From assembly GCA_001820955.1 (NCBI GenBank), contig MHRK01000047.1, positions 1 to 55,695 on the forward strand: a stretch of DNA of 55,695 nucleotides, given 5' to 3'. Source of the DNA: Candidatus Taylorbacteria bacterium RIFCSPHIGHO2_02_FULL_43_32b. GTDB lineage: Bacteria; Patescibacteriota; Minisyncoccia; Phycocordibacterales; 2-02-FULL-43-11. Below are positions 47,282 through 55,695 of the stretch, one piece after another. The translations under genes and the position numbers were made by a program. The notes below the pieces were generated by a model. It ran no database searches. It worked only from the letters and a program-made list of their open reading frames with translations, and was not told where the DNA came from. Positions within the stretch are counted from its first letter, which is position 1. Each line of letters begins with the position of its first letter.

Positions 47282-47401
47282 TTTGTGTTTAAGTCAAAAT
47301 TTAGGCGGGCGAACAGAGCAGTCAAGCTCTGTAGAGACGATGAGTCGTGGCTTTCTTGACATAAGTTTGTGCAAAAGTATTCTTAATGAGTAAAGGAACA
47401 A

Positions 47402-47605
47402 ATGAAAACCGTCCGCGCTAGCCGGTTAATTTTAGGGCTTTCTTTCGTAGGTATAATAAATACCCTGTGCCTCATCCTCGTTGCGAATCAACTTATATCG
47501 CAATGGTGGGTGATAATGGCTTTGTTGTTTTTGACGGCGTATGTCCTTTGGATTGTGATTTTAGTTGATAAAGCTCGAAATGGGCAAATCCTGATTAAGA
47601 AGTAA
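47402..47605 (+). CDS. Small two-TM hypothetical protein
   Basis: AAGGA RBS and two hydrophobic helices, followed by a hairpin and T-tract. Confidence 0.55.
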   Translation: MKTVRASRLILGLSFVGIINTLCLILVANQLISQWWVIMALLFLTAYVLWIVILVDKARNGQILIKK

Positions 47606-47693
47606 TCCTCGTTGCGGGGGCTCTTTTTTTGTTTATCATAAACACTTTTGCGGACTCATTGTTTGTTGCTGGTTGTTTGTTTATACTTTAGGG

Positions 47694-48461
47694 ATGTTTT
47701 CTTGGGGACGAGGACGAAAATTACTTTATCTATCAACAGCATTGTTTTTCAGTGTTTTTGCAATGATTCTTATTGCTGTAGTTACTTGGTACGAACGGCC
47801 TAACTGTTTTGATAACATGAAGAATCAGGACGAATTCGGTGTCGATTGCGGGGGAAGTTGCGCCAAGGTTTGTACCAATGAAATTGCGCAAATAAGTCCG
47901 GATTGGGTCAGGTTTTTTGAAGTGAAATACGGAGTTTACAGTGTGGCGGTGCGGGCTCAAAATCCGAATAATCTCGTGGCATTTTCTGTTCCTTATCGCA
48001 TTAAACTTTACGGAAGTACTGGCCTACTGCTTGGCGAGAGAGATGGGGAAGTTTACATTCCGCCCAATCAGGCGTTCGGCATTTTTGAAGGCGCGATTAG
48101 TGTGCCGAACGACAAGCCTGCTCGAGTTACATTTGAATGGCGAGATAAAACTAATTGGGTGAAAAATTCAGCTGTTAACAAGCCTATGGTTATCAAAGAT
48201 GTGATAAGGAGTTTTAATGGCCCCGGTTTCCCAAGAGTGACCGCCCTAATGGAAAATACCAGTCTTCAAACTGTACGTAATGTAAGGGGTGTTGCCATTG
48301 TTTATGACTTGAACGGGAACGCAATAGCGGCATCAAAAACAATAATCGACAAGGTAGCTGGAGGGGGAAAAGCGGAGATGGTTTTTTCTTGGCCTGTTTA
48401 TTTCGGGCAGGAGGCTAGAGTTGAAATTCTTCATTGGCTTTTGCCCATGGGTGAACAATAG
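47694..48461 (+). CDS. Membrane-anchored hypothetical protein with a 'CFD...NQDE.GVDCGG.C' Cys motif
   Basis: TM helix, Cys-rich motif and two beta-rich domains. Probable start ATG 47694 (track start 47673). Confidence 0.7.
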   Translation: MFSWGRGRKLLYLSTALFFSVFAMILIAVVTWYERPNCFDNMKNQDEFGVDCGGSCAKVCTNEIAQISPDWVRFFEVKYGVYSVAVRAQNPNNLVAFSVPYRIKLYGSTGLLLGERDGEVYIPPNQAFGIFEGAISVPNDKPARVTFEWRDKTNWVKNSAVNKPMVIKDVIRSFNGPGFPRVTALMENTSLQTVRNVRGVAIVYDLNGNAIAASKTIIDKVAGGGKAEMVFSWPVYFGQEARVEILHWLLPMGEQ

Positions 48462-48481
48462 GATTTGTTTAAAATTAAAAT

Positions 48482-49609
48482 ATGTCCGGTAAAAAAATTC
48501 CCTTTATTCATATCGATTGGCTGTTGCTAACGGCAGTTTTGCTTATTTCCGCCGCCAGTCTTACTGTCATGAATTCCTTTGTTGGAGAAAGCGCGTTATT
48601 CGAACGCCAGTTTGTTTGGCAGGCGGTTGCTGTCGGTGTCATGCTTTTTGTCAGTTTAATTGATTGGCATTTTTTAAGGCGCACAGATATTTTGGTCTAC
48701 TGTTTTGGACTGACAATTCTTGTTCTTGTCGCGGTGCTTTTTTTTGGAATTGACGTAAACGGATCTCATAGCTGGTTTCGTTTTGGCGGGGTTTCTTTCC
48801 AACCATCTGATTTGGCAAAGATTGTGATTTTGCTGATACTTTCAAAGTATTTCTCAAGAAGACATATTGAGATAGCCGATATACGCCACATTATCGTCTC
48901 AGGTTTATACGCATTCGCCATTTTCATACTGATTTTTCTTCAGCCGGATTTTGGGTCGGCTATAGTAATTTTTCTAATTTGGCTTGGCATGGTTTTGGTT
49001 TCGGGAATATCCAAAAAACACCTTCTCTTGGTTTTTGGGGTCGGATTCTGCGTTTTTGCCGCTCTCTGGTTTTTTGTATTCGCCGATTATCAAAAGCAGA
49101 GAATAGTTACATTTATTAACCCTTTAAGTGACATCAGGGGCGCGGGTTATAATGCCGACCAGTCGGTTATAGCTGTCGGTTCGGGGGGGTTTTGGGGTAA
49201 AGGGCTCGGCTATGGCACTCAATCTCGCCTCAATTTTTTACCCGAGTACGAAACTGATTTTATTTTCGCTGCGTTTGCTGAAGAGTGGGGTTTTGTCGGT
49301 GTGGTAATGCTTCTCATTTTGTATTTGGGAATTATTTGGCGCATTGTTAAAATAGCGATGAGAGGTGCTACAAATTTCGAAGTGCTATTCGGTTTGGGTG
49401 TGGCGGTTTATTTTTTGTGCCATATCGTAATCAATATCGGTATGAATCTGGCACTTTTGCCAGTAACCGGAATCACGCTACCTTTTATGAGCTATGGCGG
49501 ATCTCACTTGGTGGCTGAGTTTTTGGCAGTAGGAATACTTTTTGGAATGAATCGGTACGGTCGTTCCACCGACAGGGAAGCGGTGAAGAATGAGGTGGTG
49601 GGGGTGTAG
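48482..49609 (+). CDS. rodA: SEDS family protein (RodA/FtsW), probably RodA
   Basis: 'FQPSDLAK', 'QPDFGSA', 'GSGGFWGKG', 'FLPEYETDFIF' and 'TGITLPFMSYGGS'. Confidence 0.88.
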   Translation: MSGKKIPFIHIDWLLLTAVLLISAASLTVMNSFVGESALFERQFVWQAVAVGVMLFVSLIDWHFLRRTDILVYCFGLTILVLVAVLFFGIDVNGSHSWFRFGGVSFQPSDLAKIVILLILSKYFSRRHIEIADIRHIIVSGLYAFAIFILIFLQPDFGSAIVIFLIWLGMVLVSGISKKHLLLVFGVGFCVFAALWFFVFADYQKQRIVTFINPLSDIRGAGYNADQSVIAVGSGGFWGKGLGYGTQSRLNFLPEYETDFIFAAFAEEWGFVGVVMLLILYLGIIWRIVKIAMRGATNFEVLFGLGVAVYFLCHIVINIGMNLALLPVTGITLPFMSYGGSHLVAEFLAVGILFGMNRYGRSTDREAVKNEVVGV

Positions 49610-49789
49610 GGGGGAATGAATTATGAATTAGGGTGAATGCAAAATGCAAAAATCAAAATGGAAAATGACAATGCAAAATGCAAAAATTTTGTGAAATAGC
49701 AATATACTGGCAATTCTGGGAATGGTAAGATATTTGTATTACAAGTAGAAATGTTCGGCTATCTGCTGGACAGGTAGCAAACTAACTTT

Positions 49790-50026
49790 ATGGAACTATC
49801 ATCAGAAAAATTTGATAATGATCTGGAGGAGAAAGTTGAATATGATGAGGGCATTAGGCATTTAATACAAGTGTGTGAGATGGCCGCCCCATTTTTTGAA
49901 AAGGCCAAGGATCCGGAATATCTTAAGAGAATTCCATCAGCATGGTTTATAAAAACAGCCGAAGCTTTGACTATGTTAGGGGTAATAGATCAGATCGTGG
50001 AAAAAGAAAACGAAAAAGAGAAATAG
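49790..50026 (+). CDS. Hypothetical acidic helical protein, 78 aa
   Basis: ATG-started ORF with no recognisable motif. Confidence 0.45.
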   Translation: MELSSEKFDNDLEEKVEYDEGIRHLIQVCEMAAPFFEKAKDPEYLKRIPSAWFIKTAEALTMLGVIDQIVEKENEKEK

Positions 50027-50115
50027 TTTTTTTGTAAGTGTCTCCGGCCATGGGGCACTGCTTGTATTTCTTGAGGGCTTCCTTTCGCTTGAACATACAG
50101 AAAAAAACCGGGACG

Positions 50116-50799
50116 TTATGTTCCGGTTAATTCATGTATGCGTTCGACTACGGCGCTTATTTGGGGTGAATAGGCGATATCACCACGCTTACCGTATGTT
50201 TCAATGCGGAGAAATTCGCCCCAAATGAGCTCGGTGTACCTCTTGTCTTTGTGCCAAAAATCAGGGTTTAATGTTCCGGGCGTCTCAGACGATGTCCATA
50301 CGTAGCCGCGTTGCTTTAAGTCCGCATTTTCGAGGTATTTCTGGAGGGTCAAGCGACAACGTCCGCAATGCCCCCATGCCGCGATGAAAACAATTTTTTT
50401 AAATCGATCAAGACCAAGTCTCAAGGCATAGACGACATTTTCGAGAGTATTTTTCGAAACTTTGTCACAGTAGAAAAAAATGTTTTCCGGCAAAGTTTTT
50501 TTGGCCAGAGCAAATATTTTTTCTGATTCGCGTTTGCCGTCCCCGGTGTCTTTTCCTCCGGTTATGAATACGTTTTTAACGCTGGTCAGATTGATGATGT
50601 CGGAGAGATGTTCAATAGCCAGGAAGTGTTTTTCTTCATGAGGAGTGCCAAAAACTAAGACAGCGTCAGTTTCTTTGTCGGCATTCTCGTTTTTACCAAA
50701 GCAAAGCTCTGTTAGAAGTTCGACTGCTTCCTCTCCCAGTTTTGGGGGTGTTGGATTCTTGGGTATTTGATTTTGCATAAGAACCTTATACTTACGCAA
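50116..50799 (-). CDS. YdcF/DUF218-like protein
   Basis: 'DAVLVFG', 'ITGG', 'ESE', 'SKNTLENV' and 'H..R'. Confidence 0.75.
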   Translation of the reverse strand: MRKYKVLMQNQIPKNPTPPKLGEEAVELLTELCFGKNENADKETDAVLVFGTPHEEKHFLAIEHLSDIINLTSVKNVFITGGKDTGDGKRESEKIFALAKKTLPENIFFYCDKVSKNTLENVVYALRLGLDRFKKIVFIAAWGHCGRCRLTLQKYLENADLKQRGYVWTSSETPGTLNPDFWHKDKRYTELIWGEFLRIETYGKRGDIAYSPQISAVVERIHELTGT

Positions 50800-50888
50800 A
50801 ATTACAGTAATTGTTGGTTGGAGTCAAAATTTCGCCCTTGATTACAAGGGCTCAATATCGCGACAGAAGACCTCCATCTGCATTCTCA

Positions 50889-51395
50889 TTATGTTATTTC
50901 AGTTTTAATGGTTTCAAGCGCCTCGCAAATGCGGTCTGACATTTCAATAAAGTTTGGAGTAGGTTCAAAGTCCCAATCTTTTTCTTGCTGCTTCTGTTCG
51001 TAGAGTTTTCCCCAACTATCGTATTCCTGCAGTATCTTTTCTATTTTGAGCACTACCTCAGGCATGAATTCTTTTGCCTCGCCAAGTAAAATACTTTTGC
51101 TGACGGAGTCCGCCAAGGTTTTTTCTTTAGTTGTTTCGCCGGTAATTTTTCTTAAATCACCTTCGAAGGCTCTCTCTGAAGGGGTTTGAAATTGGTTTGA
51201 TCCATATAACCCATTACCGGATATTAAAAACCCTGTACCTTTTAAAGTTCTTTTTCCGTCTTCAAGCCGGCCGTTTTGAGCAAAATCCGCATTGCGTTTC
51301 GCGTAATTTATAAATTCATCTATTGCGGAAAGCAACAAAATCTTAGTCTTTTTTACTTTCTCATTTTCGTCTAAAAAATCTTTTTTTTCGAACAT
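50889..51395 (-). CDS. Hypothetical protein, 168 aa
   Basis: Clean ORF starting 8 bp after the glycosyltransferase stop. Confidence 0.55.
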   Translation of the reverse strand: MFEKKDFLDENEKVKKTKILLLSAIDEFINYAKRNADFAQNGRLEDGKRTLKGTGFLISGNGLYGSNQFQTPSERAFEGDLRKITGETTKEKTLADSVSKSILLGEAKEFMPEVVLKIEKILQEYDSWGKLYEQKQQEKDWDFEPTPNFIEMSDRICEALETIKTEIT

Positions 51396-51403
51396 GTTTA
51401 AAA

Positions 51404-52597
51404 TTATTGCTTATAAATTTCTTGTGTCCGCTCAAGCATCTTTTTAAGAGAAAATTCTTCCGAAATTCTGCGTTTTAGTTTACCTCCGAATTCAAGAATT
51501 TTATCGGGATTCTGTTCGAAAAAACGAAGAGCATATGAAATTTCTTTAATTGCCGCCGGTCGGATTAATATACCCGTTTCCATATCTACGATGACATCTT
51601 TAGCTCCGCCTACGTTTGTAGCCACCACAGGAAGTCCAACTGAGCCGGCTTCGAGAATAGTGTAAGGGAGACCTTCCTTAAGTGATGGCAACAAAAAAAT
51701 GTCGAATGCCGAAAGCAATTCGCCTGCATTATTTTTATAACCCGTAAAAAAAACGAAGTTTTGTAAGGCAAGTTTCTTCACTTCATTTTCCAGCTTTTGT
51801 CTTTGTTCGCCTTCGCCGATAATGCCGAAGATGATGGGGTGATCGTTGTCAGCCTTTTGTTTTTTTATTTCGGCGATGGCTTCTAGCGCGTATCTGAGTC
51901 CTTTATTTGGATGAAGTTCTGCAATTGTGCCGATGGCAAGATTTCGCTCTGAAATGATGGCCTCGCCGAATATGATTTTTCGGGCATCGTCTCTGTCCCG
52001 ATACGTTATTGGAGAGATGCCATTATGGATTAAGATAAGTCTGTTTGAAGTTAAAAATTTGGGTGCACGCACTAAGTCGTCTTCCGAAACGACTATTGTC
52101 TTATGCGATAGATATACCGTGAACCAAGAAAGAAAGTAAATAATTAATCTTTGGTAGTTTTTTCTTGATTCTTTGAATGCCCATCCGTGAGCAGTAAAAA
52201 TTATTTTAGGCTCTAAGCGATCGGTTCTAGCTCCTAGGAAAGAAAAAAGAGTAACCAGACGACACGCGAGAGCGCCGACTCCGCCGGCTTTGGAGCTGTT
52301 CAGGTGAACCACATCGGGTTTTTCTCTTTTTATTATTTTATATAATTCAAAAAAAACGAGCGGTTCTTTAAAAAAAGAGATATCTCGCATGAAATTTTTT
52401 ACCAAAATTGTCCTGATGCCGGATTCTTCGAGTTTGTTATAAAGCAACCCCGGTTTGGCTTTAGATTCTCCGGAGCCCCCAAGCGCAACGATAGGTTCAA
52501 ATTCGTTTTCAGGCAGGGAAGTGGCCAGATCAAAGACATATCGTTGGGCGCCACCAAAGTTAGACTTGGTGATTATGTAGAGAATCTTTTTTTTCAT
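51404..52597 (-). CDS. Glycosyltransferase family 4
   Basis: 'GGAQR', 'KPDVVHLNS', 'TAHG' and 'PSLKEGLPYTILEA...GLPVVATNVGG'. Confidence 0.93.
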   Translation of the reverse strand: MKKKILYIITKSNFGGAQRYVFDLATSLPENEFEPIVALGGSGESKAKPGLLYNKLEESGIRTILVKNFMRDISFFKEPLVFFELYKIIKREKPDVVHLNSSKAGGVGALACRLVTLFSFLGARTDRLEPKIIFTAHGWAFKESRKNYQRLIIYFLSWFTVYLSHKTIVVSEDDLVRAPKFLTSNRLILIHNGISPITYRDRDDARKIIFGEAIISERNLAIGTIAELHPNKGLRYALEAIAEIKKQKADNDHPIIFGIIGEGEQRQKLENEVKKLALQNFVFFTGYKNNAGELLSAFDIFLLPSLKEGLPYTILEAGSVGLPVVATNVGGAKDVIVDMETGILIRPAAIKEISYALRFFEQNPDKILEFGGKLKRRISEEFSLKKMLERTQEIYKQ

Positions 52598-52797
52598 ATC
52601 GTTAATACAAATATACGAATGTTACTAATCTTTCTAATGTCAACGAATTCTCAAAATTCGGGTTCTATTCGTATACATTCGTTATGATTAGTGTCATTAG
52701 TATATTGGTCAAGTTATTATAAAAACTATACCATGCCAACGTGTTTTTTCCACGGAGCTAGATTTAACAGGATTTTTGTTGTACCATACTTCCGTCT

Positions 52798-54147
52798 ATG
52801 ACAGGCCTAAACAAACAAGAACCGCTCATACTTTTTTTGGGTGATGTTGTTATTTTTGCCATAACGTTGTGGCTGGCCCTTTTTTTGCGTTACGGGTCGG
52901 TACCTCCAATTGACCGTATACAGAGCCATTTTTTGGCTTTTTTGCCTCTCGTAGCAATATGGCTTGTTGTTTTTTTTATCGCCGGTCTATATGAAAGGCA
53001 TACTTTGATTTTAAGGAGCCGTTTGCCAAATATTGTCATAGGGGCACAAATAGCCAACGGAATTGTTGCCGTGGCTTTTTTCTACTTCGCCACATATCTT
53101 ACAATCGCTCCGAAAACTGTGCTGTTTATTTATGTCGCGTTGGCGGCCGTCGCCGCAATTTTGTGGAGGCTTTATGGATATCCCATAATCGGAAGCCGCA
53201 GTAAGCAAAGAGCCTTCTTGATTGGCCAAGGCGAAGAGATTCGTGAATTGGAGACTGAAGTTAACCAAAACGATTTTTATGCCATGAAATTCGTTTCGTC
53301 TATTGATGTGGATAAAATTGCTGGCTTGGATATCAGAAAAGACCTTATTGAGGAAGTTTACGCTGATGAAGTTTCGATTATTGCTCTCGACACAAGAAAC
53401 CCAAAAATAAATCCGCTTCAGCCTCATTTATACAACCTTGTTTTTTCTAACGTGAAGTTTATCAGCCTGCACAGGCTTTACGAAGAAATATTCAAGAGGG
53501 TGCCGCTTTCCCTTGTCGGTTATGAATGGTTCTTGGAAAATGTTTCCAATCGTTCCAAGCCTGTTTACGACGCTTTGAAAAGAATAATTGACGTTGCGAT
53601 TTCATTGCCTCTTCTAGTTGTGCCTCTCCTTTCATTTCCTTTTGTGTACATCGCGGTAAAAATTGAAGATGGCGGACCGGTTTTTATTTTTCAAACCAGG
53701 GTAGGCGAAAATAACCGGCTGGTCAAATTTGTGAAGTTCAGAACAATGCTATTTAGTGAGGACGGTGAATGGCAGGGAAGAGGAAAGGAAAATAAGGTGA
53801 CAGCAGTCGGCGCATTTCTCCGAAAAACTCGTCTTGATGAATTTCCTCAGTTGTGGAACGTTCTCATCGGGGACGCGTCTCTTGTTGGCCCGCGTCCGGA
53901 GTTTCCGGAGCCCGTTCGGCGTTATTCAGAAGAACTGCCATATTACAATGTTCGACATATGATAAAGCCTGGCTTGTCAGGTTGGGCACAGATATACGGA
54001 GAGCATCCTCACCACGGGGTGGATGTAACGAAGACTGCCAATAAATTGGCGTATGATTTGTACTACATCAATAACAGAAGTCTGTTCTTGGATTTGGAGA
54101 TCGCACTGAAGACAGTTAGGATTTTGCTGACGTTTAAGGGAAAATAA
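52798..54147 (+). CDS. Polyprenyl-phosphate glycosylphosphotransferase (WcaJ/WbaP-like sugar transferase)
   Basis: 'KRIIDV', 'KFRTM', 'LRKTRLDEFPQLWNVL.GD.SLVGPRPE', 'KPGLSGWAQ' and 'DLYYI'. Confidence 0.93.
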   Translation: MTGLNKQEPLILFLGDVVIFAITLWLALFLRYGSVPPIDRIQSHFLAFLPLVAIWLVVFFIAGLYERHTLILRSRLPNIVIGAQIANGIVAVAFFYFATYLTIAPKTVLFIYVALAAVAAILWRLYGYPIIGSRSKQRAFLIGQGEEIRELETEVNQNDFYAMKFVSSIDVDKIAGLDIRKDLIEEVYADEVSIIALDTRNPKINPLQPHLYNLVFSNVKFISLHRLYEEIFKRVPLSLVGYEWFLENVSNRSKPVYDALKRIIDVAISLPLLVVPLLSFPFVYIAVKIEDGGPVFIFQTRVGENNRLVKFVKFRTMLFSEDGEWQGRGKENKVTAVGAFLRKTRLDEFPQLWNVLIGDASLVGPRPEFPEPVRRYSEELPYYNVRHMIKPGLSGWAQIYGEHPHHGVDVTKTANKLAYDLYYINNRSLFLDLEIALKTVRILLTFKGK

Positions 54148-54149
54148 GA

Positions 54150-54252
54150 TTAATGTAAAATGTAAATATCAAAATTCAAAATGACAATGCTAAATTATTA
54201 AATTTTACATTTTTAATTGTAATTTTGCATTTTGATTTTTTAATTTTGAATT
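54150..54252. repeat. AT-rich inverted-repeat element, family A (empty)
   Basis: AATGTAAATATCAAAATTCAAAATGACAATG...TTGTAATTTTGCATTTTGATTTTTAATTTT. Confidence 0.75.
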
Positions 54253-54268
54253 AGCTTAACCGACGTAA

Positions 54269-55210
54269 TTGAGAATGAAAAACAAAAATTCGGATAGTGA
54301 TAAAAGCAAGGGGGTGAAAATTGTAGTGACTGGCGGAGCCGGATTTATCGGCAGTCATATTGTCGACGCCCTGGTTGCTTCAAATAAATACGAAGTCCAT
54401 GTTATCGATAATCTGTCGAACGGAAAGCTGGAAAATGTAAACAAGAAAGCAGTATTTCATAAAGCCGATATTAGAAAATTGGCTGAAATCTCACCCATAC
54501 TAAAAGGTGCCAAATACGTTTTTCACGAAGCGGCCTTGCCCCGCGTTCAATTTTCTATTGAACATCCGGATGAAACAAACGAAGTCAACGTGACGGGCAC
54601 CCTAAATGTTCTTATCGCCGCGAGAGATGCCGGTGTAAAAAGATTAGTCTACGCGGCTTCAAGTTCGGCCTACGGTGATCAGCCAAGTTTACCTTTAATT
54701 GAAAATATGGAGGCCATGCCAAAAAGTCCTTATGGCCTTCAGAAATACATTGGCGAACTTTATCTTAAACTTTTTACCGAAGTTTACGGTATGGAAACCG
54801 TGTCTCTTCGGTATTTCAATGTCTATGGTCGACGTAATTCAAGTGAGGGTGCTTATGCGCTTGTGATCGCTAAGTTTTTCAAATTGCTTAAGGAAGGCAA
54901 AGCTCTGACCATAACCGGAGATGGCACTCATACCCGCGACTTTACATCAGTTCACGATGTTTCGCGCGCCAACCTTTTGGCAATGACAAGTAAAAAAGTG
55001 GGAAAGGGGGAAGTCATAAATATCGGCGCGGGCCACAATTATTCTGTTAATGAGGTGGCCAAAATGATCGGCGGGAAAGCTGTACACATTGCTCCGCGAT
55101 TGGAGCCGCATGACACCCTGGCTGATAATTCTTTGGCCAAAAAATTGCTTGGCTGGACGCCGGAGTGGACACTGGAGGATGGCATCAAGGAACTCAAAAA
55201 ATTGAATTAG
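54269..55210 (+). CDS. NAD-dependent nucleotide-sugar epimerase/dehydratase
   Basis: 'VTGGAGFIGSH', YxxxK 'YGLQK', 'LRYFNVYG' and 'TRDF'. Confidence 0.93.
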   Translation: MRMKNKNSDSDKSKGVKIVVTGGAGFIGSHIVDALVASNKYEVHVIDNLSNGKLENVNKKAVFHKADIRKLAEISPILKGAKYVFHEAALPRVQFSIEHPDETNEVNVTGTLNVLIAARDAGVKRLVYAASSSAYGDQPSLPLIENMEAMPKSPYGLQKYIGELYLKLFTEVYGMETVSLRYFNVYGRRNSSEGAYALVIAKFFKLLKEGKALTITGDGTHTRDFTSVHDVSRANLLAMTSKKVGKGEVINIGAGHNYSVNEVAKMIGGKAVHIAPRLEPHDTLADNSLAKKLLGWTPEWTLEDGIKELKKLN

Positions 55211-55270
55211 TCAGTGAATTAGCTCGTCCTCTGACGAGACATGGAATTTTGGCAATGAAAAACCGCGGGC

Positions 55271-55549
55271 TTAAAGCCGCGGCGATTTGCTAGTTTTTTT
55301 CGCATTGTTTAGAACGACTTCGCTCGAATCGAAGAGTCTGTGCGTGCGAGCGTTAACGCGGGCATGTATAACCCGGTTCGGGTGTTCGATGACTGTTGTG
55401 TTGTGACACCACCAGATTTGATCTTTCTCCGGCGTAAAACCGTGGTCTGTTAGCCACTGTTCGGCTTCATTACTTTCAAGCGGACCAACACATAAGTCCG
55501 CTGACGTTGCAAACGGGGCCCTAAGTTCAATTACGGTATTTTTATTCAT
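55271..55549 (-). CDS. Hypothetical protein, 92 aa
   Basis: GAGGAG RBS upstream of the ATG, with no recognisable motif. Confidence 0.5.
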   Translation of the reverse strand: MNKNTVIELRAPFATSADLCVGPLESNEAEQWLTDHGFTPEKDQIWWCHNTTVIEHPNRVIHARVNARTHRLFDSSEVVLNNAKKTSKSPRL

Positions 55550-55695
55550 ATTCTCCTCTCTTTATAGGATAGTAAAACTAAAAAGGCATTTCGTCAATAT
55601 TTTGTATCATTGCTGTCCCACTAAACTCCCGCAAGTTGTAATTGGAGCATTTTGTCAGGTTTGAATTTGTGCAGATTCTTTGGGGACAAAGATAA

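Overview
This looks like a Patescibacteria/CPR (Parcubacteria-like) chromosome segment read with the standard genetic code; the lineage call is an inference from gene content and rRNA architecture. Housekeeping genes include recO, glyQS, metG, tatD, rpsF-ssb-rpsR, efp, recA, ftsK, rplJL, a rodA-like gene and polysaccharide genes. Four things stand out. (1) A complete diversity-generating retroelement (DGR, ~5070-7759). Its 122-bp TR and VR differ at 19 positions, 18 of them TR adenines. The avd-like gene is antisense between TR and RT, and its probable N-terminus is frameshifted at a G11 tract. (2) An unlinked 23S rRNA gene of ~6.8 kb with four group I introns and six helix insertions. One intron sits in the sarcin-ricin loop and one appears to end in A instead of G. 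(3) An intact 5S rRNA gene nested inside a second, fragmented 5S gene. (4) A network of short repeats. AT-rich inverted-repeat arms occur either empty or bracketing small variable 'WPYW...GKIK' membrane-protein genes, and 'CC...GGCAGG' mini-elements insert at one fixed site in those arms. All alignments were done by eye, and no database searches were run.
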